Shown in pieces: positions 8,138 through 17,782 of a stretch of DNA of 64,000 bases. The position numbers were made by a program, and so were the translations under genes. Where the stretch lies: sequence record MN871444.1. One strand, given 5' to 3'. The notes beneath the pieces are model-generated. The model did not search any database and was not told where the DNA came from. It saw only the letters and a program-made list of their open reading frames with translations. The number at the start of each line of letters is the position of its first letter. Positions within the stretch are counted from its first letter, which is position 1.

Positions 8138-9681
8138 TGCCGAGTATCGGACTTAACCTCCCTGAGGGGTATGAGTTAATCTCACGCCCTGTTGCTCAGG
8201 GTATTGCCCAGCGGGTAATATCACACTTAGGGATTCAGGATAAAGTCAGCATCCTGTTCCCAGGCGATGCTGAGGTAGCGGCGCAAGCCGGCAGTACATT
8301 GGGAGAACAAAAGGAAGGGGGTCCGAATACACGCTTTGCCAGTACTCAAAGACTTCAGGTCAGTATGAATGAACAGGTTCTGGAGGGAGAGGTATTAGCT
8401 ACCCCTACTTGGCAAATAAACCACCCTCCCATTTTCTCAGACCCTAAATTGGGCATCACTATGAAGCCCATTTACCATCTCGTGGAAGGGGTATTATCTT
8501 TCACTTATCGTGCAGCCGACCAAACAAGTGCCGAACAGTGGAAGAATAGATTGCTGCGGTACATTTCCCAAAACCGCGCAGAAATGTATCACGAGATTAT
8601 TTATGCGTACGCCTTACCGGGACAGTTTATTACTATCTTGGCAGAAATTCACAAGCTGCGTGAAACGGTAGCCCCATATGGGGATACGGTCATTGATTAC
8701 CTGCGCAACCATTTCAGTGGCCGCGTAGATGTTAAAACCAACATGGCTGGGAAGGGTAGTATTTTTGCGGTCGACGAAATCCAAAAAGGGGTTATCGGGT
8801 GGTTTGATTGGACCATCCCACCAACTCCAGAAAAAACCAGCGAAGAAAGTACCTATACCGCGACCTTTGAATTCCATTACCAATATCAGCAGGTTACTGG
8901 GGTTCATCTGAAATATCCGATTATCGTACACCAACAGCTGTTGCCTAGTAATCTGCGGCCGCTGAATTTATCTTACGAACTTAATCGCAGTTTACCCACC
9001 TATATGTCGTTGGCTAAACAAGAGTATCAGGCGGTTAAGAAAGAAACAGACGGTTATTACGCGACCCAGGAAGGGATTCGTTACCCCGACTTTGATGAGT
9101 GGGCACCTGATCATGTAATCGCCAATCAAATCCCAGTGTTGACTGTAATGTTAACAATCTCTGCGGATGACCCGAGATTTCTCTTAAACATTAAAGAATT
9201 GTCTCATTGGAATTTTAACCCTGATATTCTCGAATTTATGTTGGCTGAACCTAAATGGGTTACGCTGACTAAATTTACTCCAGTTTTAATCACGTTGTAT
9301 TGTGATGGCGATAAATGCGATGACCAGATAGTGCAGATGGATTCTTCTGGCGACGTGCGCACAACCATTGATTTGGACTTAAGACGACAATATCATGTTG
9401 TCATCAGCGCAATGTCGGATCTATCACAATTGAACAAAAACAATACCGATCTGTTGCGCCAGTATCCTAAAGCCGCCATGGTAGTGCTATACGCACTGGA
9501 ACCACGTTTGGAATCCTGGGGTAAATTACCCGAAGTACTGGGTGATAAACTGGTATCGCGTGTAGGGTGGTTAGAGGCGATTAATGTTATTAAAACGACC
9601 TCCCCTATTTTCCGCACGGCAAAATACTACGCGCGTTTTACGGTTGGGTCTTATATCCTGGCTACAGCGGAGAAAAAATAA
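8137..9681 (+). CDS. phiKZ-like virion structural protein (tail/baseplate region)
   Basis: 514 aa, first gene of the conserved block leading to the hub-like gene. TAATG coupling. Assignment by synteny. Confidence 0.55.
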   Translation: MPSIGLNLPEGYELISRPVAQGIAQRVISHLGIQDKVSILFPGDAEVAAQAGSTLGEQKEGGPNTRFASTQRLQVSMNEQVLEGEVLATPTWQINHPPIFSDPKLGITMKPIYHLVEGVLSFTYRAADQTSAEQWKNRLLRYISQNRAEMYHEIIYAYALPGQFITILAEIHKLRETVAPYGDTVIDYLRNHFSGRVDVKTNMAGKGSIFAVDEIQKGVIGWFDWTIPPTPEKTSEESTYTATFEFHYQYQQVTGVHLKYPIIVHQQLLPSNLRPLNLSYELNRSLPTYMSLAKQEYQAVKKETDGYYATQEGIRYPDFDEWAPDHVIANQIPVLTVMLTISADDPRFLLNIKELSHWNFNPDILEFMLAEPKWVTLTKFTPVLITLYCDGDKCDDQIVQMDSSGDVRTTIDLDLRRQYHVVISAMSDLSQLNKNNTDLLRQYPKAAMVVLYALEPRLESWGKLPEVLGDKLVSRVGWLEAINVIKTTSPIFRTAKYYARFTVGSYILATAEKK

Positions 9682-11073
9682 ATGGCCATCATTAACCCGA
9701 ATACAGATAACCCAGCAAGCGTCACGGTTAACCCAAACATTAAACCCAATGAATACCGTGGTGTTGTTGAATCTAACCGATATACGCCTGCACGTTCTTT
9801 ATTGACCCACATTAGCGGCTACCCCATGGAAGTGGAGTACTATAGCCAGTATTTGAATGTGGACAATGCCGTATCAGGACAACAAATTAACCGCGTTTCT
9901 CCAGTCCAGCAGTACCTGCGGATCAGAAACATGGAGTTGATGGTATCAACCCCTGTTAATCAGTCCCAGGATCAAACTTCCAGAGAAATGTCAGCGGTAG
10001 GTAATGCGACCACCTACCCTGGGATTATCCCCAATGATGGCGATATGTTTATTGCCGATGGGTTAGATGGTAATCGTTATCTATATCAAATCCGGGGCGT
10101 TGAGCAGAAAACCATTTTAAAGGACACTTGCTACACGTTTGAGTTTTTCATGGTTGAAGTATTATCAACCCAACGTAATAGCGACCTTTTAAATAAAACC
10201 GTCAAAGACACCACGTTTGTTCGAGATTTTGTCTACACCAACCAACGTCCTCTTTTGGTCGATGAAGAATATACCTTTGTGTTAAAGGGCCGTCAGTTCA
10301 TTAAAGATAGTCAGGACAGGTATCTAAAAGATTATCTCAACAAACGGTATCTTACGTTTATCATACCGGGGCAAGAATTGACTTCATACGACCCCTATTT
10401 GAGTAAAGCGGTTTATGCATTGCTTGATGGTCGAGAACATTCGAGAAAAGCGGACATTCGCCTGCAGAACTGTGAAGGGGGGTATGCCTACCCAATCGAA
10501 ACAGTTTGGGATGGTATTTTAAATTGTAACGGTGATAGTCGAGACACTTGGGCAACCAAGATGGGGATGATTTACAGTAGTGATTTGGCTAACCAACCGA
10601 TGTACGGTAGCATCAAGTATTCGGGGATTTTCCAATTCTACTCCCCTTATGGCCACCCGGATACCATCGCCACTTTACCCGATGATTTTTATTTACTGTA
10701 TTATGGCATGGGTGAAATCAGTGAGACTACATTGCGTCCGCCATATCGCCCGCTGACCATCCCTACTCTAGCCCCCGTGACAGACCTCGGTAGTGTCGAC
10801 CAGGTCGGCAATAACGTAGCGACCACCGCACCCGTGTTGGTCCGACCTACGGGTAGCGATGATTATTATGTTTTTAGCGAGAACTTTTACCTCAAGACAA
10901 CCCAACAAACGGTTCTCGAATCACAAGTCAATGCATTACTGGACGGCACCACATTAAATCGTCCCCATTTACTGCAACTGATTAGTGATTCCTATCGTTG
11001 GGGACATCTGGATAGATTCTACTATCTACCAGTATTGTGGGTACTGGTACGCAAAGCCCTATTAGAGGTGTAA
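9682..11073 (+). CDS. phiKZ-like virion structural protein
   Basis: 463 aa, abuts the previous gene. Assignment by synteny. Confidence 0.55.
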   Translation: MAIINPNTDNPASVTVNPNIKPNEYRGVVESNRYTPARSLLTHISGYPMEVEYYSQYLNVDNAVSGQQINRVSPVQQYLRIRNMELMVSTPVNQSQDQTSREMSAVGNATTYPGIIPNDGDMFIADGLDGNRYLYQIRGVEQKTILKDTCYTFEFFMVEVLSTQRNSDLLNKTVKDTTFVRDFVYTNQRPLLVDEEYTFVLKGRQFIKDSQDRYLKDYLNKRYLTFIIPGQELTSYDPYLSKAVYALLDGREHSRKADIRLQNCEGGYAYPIETVWDGILNCNGDSRDTWATKMGMIYSSDLANQPMYGSIKYSGIFQFYSPYGHPDTIATLPDDFYLLYYGMGEISETTLRPPYRPLTIPTLAPVTDLGSVDQVGNNVATTAPVLVRPTGSDDYYVFSENFYLKTTQQTVLESQVNALLDGTTLNRPHLLQLISDSYRWGHLDRFYYLPVLWVLVRKALLEV

Positions 11074-11074
11074 C

Positions 11075-11773
11075 ATGGCACGCATTACTGCTGAGGATTT
11101 GGTTAAGCCTATCCCAAAACACAAAGTAAAAGAATTCCTTAAAAAGCAAATTGACGACATGTCTCCGGTCGATCGTATTTTCCAGCTGAAATTCAAAGTA
11201 AGCATGCCCGCTGCCTATCTGTATACCGATGAGGATTTTGCGAGGGGTGTTCATGTTACCGGTGACCGTGAGCGAGATGCGCGAGCCGCCCAGGAAATGG
11301 AAACCCTGTTTATGCCCATCGTGGCAAACGACAAACCCCGACCGCTTCCCAGCATTCTGTTATACCACAAACAAAATGTCCCAGGTTTTACTCTGGTCCA
11401 TTCTGAGGACGTGCCTCGGGTTTATCAAATCATCGTCGATTATTTGGAATTCCAATCCAGAAATTTGAACGAAAATCTAAACCTTCCGGAAGCAAAAAGG
11501 ATGGAGCTTTACAACGACCTGGAAGATTTAAACAAACTCGCGGCGTTTATCCACCCCAATGCCCATGCTACTGCCCTACCGAAACACCTCAATCCGGACA
11601 GCATCATTTCCAGATTGCGTTTACGTCCGAAGGTGGGTATCGGGGCAACTGAACGCGGTTACGGGCATGCCCCAGTATCCTCAGAACCACAACCAGTCCC
11701 AGAATACAAAGGACTGGATACCATGCTGGGTAGTCAGATACTGGAAAAATCAAAACGCTGGAAACAGGAGTAA
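11075..11773 (+). CDS. Conserved jumbo-phage hypothetical protein
   Basis: 232 aa, GAGGTG RBS, operonic. Confidence 0.55.
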   Translation: MARITAEDLVKPIPKHKVKEFLKKQIDDMSPVDRIFQLKFKVSMPAAYLYTDEDFARGVHVTGDRERDARAAQEMETLFMPIVANDKPRPLPSILLYHKQNVPGFTLVHSEDVPRVYQIIVDYLEFQSRNLNENLNLPEAKRMELYNDLEDLNKLAAFIHPNAHATALPKHLNPDSIISRLRLRPKVGIGATERGYGHAPVSSEPQPVPEYKGLDTMLGSQILEKSKRWKQE

Positions 11774-11779
11774 TCTACC

Positions 11780-13144
11780 ATGGCCTATACCGACACCGCG
11801 CTACAGGCTGATGTACAACGTGTCATCCACAGTAATAGCCAGGTGTATTCCACTTACGCCATTGAGATACATTGCGGCACGTCTACAACGGTGATTACTC
11901 CGCTAAAGCTGTTATCGATAGATACCCTGCATGACTATGAAAAAGGTTTTGCTGAGGAAAAACAGATTGAGGTCATTTTGGTGGAAAATGATTATCAATC
12001 TTACATTTTCCCAAACCGGGATAATTTAAAGATAACCGTTATCAGATCCCCGATTGGGGTGGTTAGTGACAGCAAAAACTACAATGGCGTTAATACCGCC
12101 AAAACCTATAGAGCGACGTTAGTAGACCCATCCCCGGCAAGGACCAACGAGGGTAAGGGGTTTGCATCAGCTCAGGGCGACTATTCAAGCCAGATGATGA
12201 TTTCAGTCAAATTCCAATTAATTGATTTGGCTGTGGAACAAATGATGTTAACTACCACGGGCGGTATTTTTAGAAATTCCACCCCAGGAAATACCCTGAA
12301 AGCATTGTTAACAACATTATCTCAAAGCTTGAAGTTGGACGATGCCGATGCAGTAAAAGGAGTCAATATGATCGATGCGGATAACCTTAAACAAAGGACG
12401 CATCTGTTGGTTGACCAGGGAACTAAACTGTATGATTTAGCCGATCATATCCATCAGAACTGTGGCGGTATTTACAACACGGGTGTAAGCTGTTATTACC
12501 ATGCGAATTACTGGCATGTATTTCCACCCTACGACGTCACTAGGATTAATAAGTCAACCAAGACCATGACGCTGATGTTAGTGCGTACTCCAGAGTTGCC
12601 TGATTCAGATAGTACTTATTTGCAGGATGGTAATACCTTATATGTAGTATCGAATGGTACTACATTGCATATTGACCAGGTTGACCATCAGGCGGTTAAT
12701 GCAGGTAACGGCGTTCGGTATGCCAGGGCCACGGACTTGTTTGATAATTTTATTGATACCACCAAGCAGGCGATGACGGCGTCCACGTCTAACGTAATGA
12801 ATGCCTTCATTACGAATAAAAGGGATAGCGGTTTAAGTAACGCACCATTTTCTAAGAATAGAGTCACCGATAATGATTGTTTGGAATTATCAAAATTATC
12901 CCAAAGGCAAGGACAGCAAATCCAAGTCCAATGGGATAAGGCAGATCCGTCGTTGATTATTCCAGGAATGCCCGTTAAAGTGCTCTATGAGTCGGAACGA
13001 TTAGTTTATCAATTAGTAGGTACTATCCTCAACGTACAAAGTCAAGTACGTATGAATCAACCGGGTATGACGACTACCCGGTACGTCACTGGGGTCAGCA
13101 TGACTTTATTCGTCACGGTAGACAAAACCAGTACTGCCGCATAA
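11780..13144 (+). CDS. Putative baseplate hub-like structural protein
   Basis: 454 aa. The C-terminal WDKADPSLIIPGMPVKV beta-rich segment resembles hub proteins. Position matches the phiKZ structural block. Confidence 0.5.
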   Translation: MAYTDTALQADVQRVIHSNSQVYSTYAIEIHCGTSTTVITPLKLLSIDTLHDYEKGFAEEKQIEVILVENDYQSYIFPNRDNLKITVIRSPIGVVSDSKNYNGVNTAKTYRATLVDPSPARTNEGKGFASAQGDYSSQMMISVKFQLIDLAVEQMMLTTTGGIFRNSTPGNTLKALLTTLSQSLKLDDADAVKGVNMIDADNLKQRTHLLVDQGTKLYDLADHIHQNCGGIYNTGVSCYYHANYWHVFPPYDVTRINKSTKTMTLMLVRTPELPDSDSTYLQDGNTLYVVSNGTTLHIDQVDHQAVNAGNGVRYARATDLFDNFIDTTKQAMTASTSNVMNAFITNKRDSGLSNAPFSKNRVTDNDCLELSKLSQRQGQQIQVQWDKADPSLIIPGMPVKVLYESERLVYQLVGTILNVQSQVRMNQPGMTTTRYVTGVSMTLFVTVDKTSTAA

Positions 13145-13146
13145 TC

Positions 13147-13174
13147 GGGAGGGCGAAAGCCCTCCCTTTATGTC
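13147..13174 (+). terminator. Rho-independent terminator
   Basis: GGGAGGGC-GAAA-GCCCTCCC followed by TTTATGTC. Confidence 0.85.
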
Positions 13175-13211
13175 ATTTTTATAAAACCATCAAATAAAAT
13201 AATTATAAACC

Positions 13212-13219
13212 TATATAAC
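13212..13219 (+). promoter_or_regulatory. Variant early promoter TATATAAC
   Basis: One mismatch to TATATTAC, with the same upstream A-tract/TTA context as the other copies. Confidence 0.45.
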
Positions 13220-13289
13220 TTGGGTGAGTGGTACCTGATATGTTTCTTGAGTGGTAACAATGAAACATGAAACAAAAACCTTATGCACG

Positions 13290-13297
13290 TATATTAC
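13290..13297 (+). promoter_or_regulatory. phiKZ-type early (virion RNAP) promoter TATATTAC
   Basis: Exact match to the phiKZ early consensus, intergenic, upstream of the accessory small-ORF cassette. Confidence 0.7.
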
Positions 13298-13358
13298 TTA
13301 CTTAGGGTTTAAATGTACCACATAAATGTTCTTTTTTTAAATCTAAGAGGAATTCATT

Positions 13359-13760
13359 ATGAAAGCTCAAGCTGTCCGCAATTCAGAAATCAAATCTCGT
13401 CGCGCTACCTGGTTGGCCATCCTGGCTATCGCATTATTTGCAATCATTACATCTACCGGTTATGCTAAAGAAGCCACCATTAAGCCGGCTTTCTCCAGCC
13501 TGAAAGCATTCCAGTTAAAAGCCGATGACCAAAAACTGACCGGCGCCCGTTTCGGTTGGTGCTTCCCAACCCCGAAAGATGGGGTGCAGTGCCAGACTGT
13601 TAATGGCACTGCAGTAACTGACCTTGGCCCTGGCGAGGATGATGCCCAAGCAAACAGTAACGAATTAGGTGACGGCTCTACCGTGTTTTCGGTAACCCTG
13701 CTTCCCGAAACTACGGTTAAAGAGATGAAATCAATCTACGATTATACCTGGAGTCACTAA
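13359..13760 (+). CDS. Exported hypothetical protein (signal peptide)
   Basis: Basic n-region with SRR, hydrophobic h-region WLAILAIALFAII, cleavage-like GYA|K. GAGGA RBS. One Cys pair. Confidence 0.65.
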   Translation: MKAQAVRNSEIKSRRATWLAILAIALFAIITSTGYAKEATIKPAFSSLKAFQLKADDQKLTGARFGWCFPTPKDGVQCQTVNGTAVTDLGPGEDDAQANSNELGDGSTVFSVTLLPETTVKEMKSIYDYTWSH

Positions 13761-14143
13761 TGTTAAAATTCCCGTTAGAGTTAATGGATTTACGTACTGT
13801 ACGTAATACCGACGTGTTTGCATATGCTGATTTTATTTTTGTTTCATTACTGGACAAATGCCATTCACTCTACGGGACCAATATCGAAGACCAAAACAAA
13901 AAAGATTTCAGTTACGTGGTGCGGACTGTAAAATTACTGTTCCGCGATTATCGAGTTGTGTGGGTAGATAAGAAAGACTCCCCACACACAAAAATAGCGA
14001 CACTCCCCGAAACCACTAAAGCGGGGTATTCCTTGGAATACTTACTGACTAGTCACGGGGATGTTAGCTGGACGGTTAGATTAATTGATTCCCAAAAAAT
14101 CATTTGTTCTGGGATATTTCCGCCATGGGAGAAATCATGTTAG
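13760..14143 (+). CDS. Hypothetical protein, LPExxxAGY paralogue 1
   Basis: 127 aa, motif LPETTKAGY. TAATG coupling. Confidence 0.6.
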   Translation: MLKFPLELMDLRTVRNTDVFAYADFIFVSLLDKCHSLYGTNIEDQNKKDFSYVVRTVKLLFRDYRVVWVDKKDSPHTKIATLPETTKAGYSLEYLLTSHGDVSWTVRLIDSQKIICSGIFPPWEKSC

Positions 14144-14535
14144 ATTTTAAATTGGCACTCAAATCACTACAAGAATTAAAAACAACTAGCGTTATTACTT
14201 ACATTGACCATTACTTGATTTATGCCGCCGATTACCTGGGTGATGTTACTCGCAAACCCAACGCCCAAGACGGGTTGGCTGGTCACATTAAAGATACCAT
14301 TTCAAGCATGATAAAAATCATGTGCTACGACCAGACTATCGTGAAGGTGCACAGTCATCGTTATTACCCTGACGGTAAATCAATCAACCTACCCGAGTTG
14401 GCATTGGCTGGATATGAAATACACTGGGTGGAATCGGGAATTTCCGTTAATGGACTTACGTCAGGTTTTCAATGGAAAATCGTTAGAAAGGATTCAATGA
14501 AGGTGATTTGTGCAGGGAGTAGTCAACTTCGTTAG
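14137..14535 (+). CDS. Hypothetical protein, LPExxxAGY paralogue 2
   Basis: Motif LPELALAGY. ATG 14137 (GGGAGA RBS) is preferred over TTG 14104. Confidence 0.6.
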   Translation: MLDFKLALKSLQELKTTSVITYIDHYLIYAADYLGDVTRKPNAQDGLAGHIKDTISSMIKIMCYDQTIVKVHSHRYYPDGKSINLPELALAGYEIHWVESGISVNGLTSGFQWKIVRKDSMKVICAGSSQLR

Positions 14536-14556
14536 TTGGGTCTACGGACCCAACTA
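14533..14556. terminator. Perfect 10-bp hairpin (possible terminator or processing site)
   Basis: TAGTTGGGTC-TACG-GACCCAACTA. The T-rich tract begins a few bases downstream. Confidence 0.45.
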
Positions 14557-14589
14557 GCAATACCTTTATTTTTATTTTGAGGTGGTATC

Positions 14590-14979
14590 ATGAGCATTAA
14601 TTTTCTTCCCGATAACATCAATGAACTCATGGGAGTTACTGCACAGCAAGAAATCGAATTGCTGGTACTACTCGATAAAAGTACAGGGTTAAATAGTCTA
14701 TTTGAGGCGTCTACGGATGACCTGTTGCGTATTTATACCAAAGCCACAGATTTATTATCATCAGACCAAGTCTACTATAGGCCGAATATGGCAAAAGTGG
14801 TTGACGGTTTGATGGTACTGCCCGTTGTACTACCTGAGCTTGAACACGCTGGGTATGTTGTTGAAATAAGCAGCAGGGATTTTAATCAGTATCCTTGTTG
14901 CGTAATGGCCAGGATAATCGCACCTCAACCATCGGGGTGTGAGTTCTCCTGGGAATTTGAAATAAACCGTACGGAGTAA
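14590..14979 (+). CDS. Hypothetical protein, LPExxxAGY paralogue 3
   Basis: Motif LPELEHAGY. GAGGTGG RBS. Confidence 0.6.
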   Translation: MSINFLPDNINELMGVTAQQEIELLVLLDKSTGLNSLFEASTDDLLRIYTKATDLLSSDQVYYRPNMAKVVDGLMVLPVVLPELEHAGYVVEISSRDFNQYPCCVMARIIAPQPSGCEFSWEFEINRTE

Positions 14980-14988
14980 TTTACATAG

Positions 14989-15375
14989 ATGCGCTGGTTA
15001 TTTTTAATTATATCAGTAATTATTTGTTCCAATGCCCCGGCCGAAGAAGTACGCGTCACAGACATCGTACTTTTTCCCGGTGCTCAAACCGCTATGATGC
15101 CAACTGTTTTCGATCTAAGACAAGATTTGGTATTAGACCCAGAAGACAGTCAAGGATACTGTCTGGGTATGCGAACGGGACATATGGGGTGTTTTACGGT
15201 CCGAGGCCGTTATCTCGGAGATAAAAAGGTCAGTGCATACTACAATGGTGACGACCATCACGTGTATGCGTTTGACCAGGTGCCGGTGCATTTGCGTCCG
15301 GTAGTTCAAAATGCATTCTTACGAGAGTGGGCGGTCGACCCCACTAAAGGATGGCTTGAAACTCAATCGCAGTAG
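14989..15375 (+). CDS. Exported hypothetical protein (Sec signal peptide)
   Basis: MRWLFLIISVIICSNAPA|EEV fits an A-x-A signal peptidase site. Confidence 0.6.
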   Translation: MRWLFLIISVIICSNAPAEEVRVTDIVLFPGAQTAMMPTVFDLRQDLVLDPEDSQGYCLGMRTGHMGCFTVRGRYLGDKKVSAYYNGDDHHVYAFDQVPVHLRPVVQNAFLREWAVDPTKGWLETQSQ

Positions 15376-15431
15376 TAATGCGAACCTACCATGCCACGAT
15401 AGTCACGTGTGCATTCGAGGAGAAAATTTAA

Positions 15432-16226
15432 ATGACTACACACACGACATTCAAAACGATCGTAGTGTTAGCGATCGCGATGATTATTGCAGGCATTTTT
15501 AGTTTATATGCCCCCAATACCAGCGCTTCGCTTTCCACCGCGGTACCTACTTATAATGCCGTAAAAATGCAGCCCGTACAGGCTAAACATAAACTACCTT
15601 TAGAAACTGCAACGGTTTCAAAGACAGTGACTTTACGTTACACTACGCTTCCCAGGCCTAAGGTAAACGGTTTAGAGTCACACAAAAACCTGATTGAATT
15701 AGTCGCAAAATACACCGGGGTACAATCTTCACTTCTAGCATCAACCGCAGGGATTGAATCGAGGTATATTAGTCACGCAAAAAACAAAGGCGGTTCCTCC
15801 GCTCAGGGACTCTGTCAATTCACCAAGTCAACCTGGCATGCTACAGCAAAGAAATACGGCAAACAGTATGGGATAACTCCGGGCACCTCCCGGTTAGACC
15901 CCCGAGCTAATCTGCTGCTCTGTGCTGAACATATCAAGGAAAATGATGTTTATCTGACAAAGGTACTTAAACGCCCAGCCAAGCCATCTGAAATTTACAT
16001 GGCTCACTTCTTAGGAAGTGGTGGTGCAGTGGCATTGTTGAAAGCTAAACCAGGGTCCCGCGCAGATCACGCAACCCCGTCAGCCGCTCGTAATAATCCG
16101 CGTATGTTTTATGGTAAGAAAGGTAACGCGTATACCGTGGCTGATTTCAAACGCACCATTAAAATCAAGGTGCAACGGGAGCAAAGTAATTTCGCCGCGC
16201 TCGTCAATATGACGCCAAGCGCATAA
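15432..16226 (+). CDS. Lytic transglycosylase (SLT, phiKZ gp144-like catalytic domain) with N-terminal signal/anchor
   Basis: Catalytic GIES, SSAQGLCQFTKSTW, RLDPRAN and YMAHFLGSGGA motifs. Hydrophobic N-terminus IVVLAIAMIIAGIFSL. Confidence 0.8.
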   Translation: MTTHTTFKTIVVLAIAMIIAGIFSLYAPNTSASLSTAVPTYNAVKMQPVQAKHKLPLETATVSKTVTLRYTTLPRPKVNGLESHKNLIELVAKYTGVQSSLLASTAGIESRYISHAKNKGGSSAQGLCQFTKSTWHATAKKYGKQYGITPGTSRLDPRANLLLCAEHIKENDVYLTKVLKRPAKPSEIYMAHFLGSGGAVALLKAKPGSRADHATPSAARNNPRMFYGKKGNAYTVADFKRTIKIKVQREQSNFAALVNMTPSA

Positions 16227-16232
16227 ACCCAC

Positions 16233-16265
16233 AGGGGAGAGCTGCAGCTCTCCCCTTTTATGCCG
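16233..16265 (+). terminator. Rho-independent terminator
   Basis: AGGGGAGAGC-TGCA-GCTCTCCCCT followed by TTTATGCCG. Confidence 0.85.
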
Positions 16266-16288
16266 TTGATAAACCACAAGGTGATATC

Positions 16289-17020
16289 ATGACTGACCGT
16301 ATTAAGTACAATGAAACAACTGGGAAAGTGGAAGTGGATGCAGATGTTTGGGATATGATTGTTGATCAAATGCCGGGTAGTTGTATCGTTGACGAAGTAA
16401 AAATGAAAAAGCTGGCGAAAACCCATCACACAGAAATGGCTAAACTGCTGGGCATATCGCCGAATCAGCCTTATAAATTTCGCGTATTTTCAGGAGTCAA
16501 GAATAAACTAGCTTTATCATCCACATACCCGGAGACCATCATTGCTCTAGTGTCAGTAAACGAATCTAAACATGAATTCAATATATCTAATTTGAAATCA
16601 ATACTCAAATTAGAATTAAAGGAAATGTTGAACCATAGCACAAAACCGGGATTGGCAATGACCTTAGCCAACCTTATCGCAGGACGAGCAAAAAATCCTG
16701 CCCCAGCCACTGTATTCGAACTATCAAAGATATCTGGTTTCCCAACCCAAAAATTTATCATTACCCACTTACCCACCGATACTCCGACTACGATGACTAA
16801 TATAAAACAAATGGCCGTTACTGAGAGGTCTACTATTTTGGCGGTAGTTTTACGTGAACTTCAGTTATCGCCTTCCAATTTGGCAAAAGTGACTGGAATA
16901 GATAATGGTAATATTTCTAAATGGGTGCGCCACGGAAGAGTACCGCGTTTAGATGCATACGTAGCACTTTGCAAGTATTTCAATGTGCCGTTTGACTATT
17001 TTAGCGACTGGCTGGAATAA
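16289..17020 (+). CDS. XRE/Cro-C1-type HTH transcriptional regulator (C-terminal HTH)
   Basis: LRELQLSPSNLAKVTGIDNGNISKWVRHGRVPRLDAYVALCKYFNVPFDYF is a canonical HTH_3 pattern. Confidence 0.75.
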   Translation: MTDRIKYNETTGKVEVDADVWDMIVDQMPGSCIVDEVKMKKLAKTHHTEMAKLLGISPNQPYKFRVFSGVKNKLALSSTYPETIIALVSVNESKHEFNISNLKSILKLELKEMLNHSTKPGLAMTLANLIAGRAKNPAPATVFELSKISGFPTQKFIITHLPTDTPTTMTNIKQMAVTERSTILAVVLRELQLSPSNLAKVTGIDNGNISKWVRHGRVPRLDAYVALCKYFNVPFDYFSDWLE

Positions 17021-17083
17021 TAAAAAAATAGGTGATGAGTAATCGTCTGGGTCGATGTTTAACATACAACAAGAAGGTGTACT

Positions 17084-17419
17084 ATGTCAGATGCTTCTCA
17101 GACTAACTCATTACTGGAATCCAACAAAATAACCGCAGTGTGTTTCTATTCAAACCTGCATGGAAAAGTACAACTAACCCATACTTCAGTACCCCTAAAA
17201 CAAGCCATGGAGGCAGTGGACGCCTCTGTCAATAACATTTATTGGTTGACCGTGTTAGGTGAGCGTACGATGCGCCCCTTTTACTACGGCACATTAAAAG
17301 GTAACTTGGTACTTATGGAAACAGCGCTTAAAAACACCGATTTCTTTTCAAAGTTCGTTGAAGACGAACCCCGCACGGCTTCCTGGCGCAAATCTGTCAG
17401 GGAGTCATTGATATGCTAG
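17084..17419 (+). CDS. Hypothetical protein
   Basis: 111 aa, GAAGGT RBS. Confidence 0.55.
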   Translation: MSDASQTNSLLESNKITAVCFYSNLHGKVQLTHTSVPLKQAMEAVDASVNNIYWLTVLGERTMRPFYYGTLKGNLVLMETALKNTDFFSKFVEDEPRTASWRKSVRESLIC

Positions 17420-17760
17420 ACTTCGACCTCATACTCAAAACACCAACCAAATCAGAAATTTTGGCACACACTTTGGTCATCCAATTAGATGCGCTCCTTT
17501 CAGCGTATCGTTTTCCGTTGTGCCCCAAAGACTGCATGCCCGCTCTTTTCTTTCCTGAATCGGCATCCGCCACGTTATCAAACATAAAAACCACCATGTT
17601 GGACATGTTAGAAACTGGCGAACCCATCCCTACCGAGTTTCTAGGTAGTTGTGGGTATCGATTCGATTTAATGAAAACAAATAGCGACAATCAATGTTTT
17701 CCATCTATTGATGTTTGGGTGTACACCCCTAGAGGGCGTGTAACCTTAGAAATTATGTAA
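17413..17760 (+). CDS. Hypothetical protein
   Basis: 115 aa, overlaps the upstream stop, GGGAG RBS. Confidence 0.55.
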   Translation: MLDFDLILKTPTKSEILAHTLVIQLDALLSAYRFPLCPKDCMPALFFPESASATLSNIKTTMLDMLETGEPIPTEFLGSCGYRFDLMKTNSDNQCFPSIDVWVYTPRGRVTLEIM

Positions 17761-17782
17761 ATATTCGAACTGGAGTACAGCG

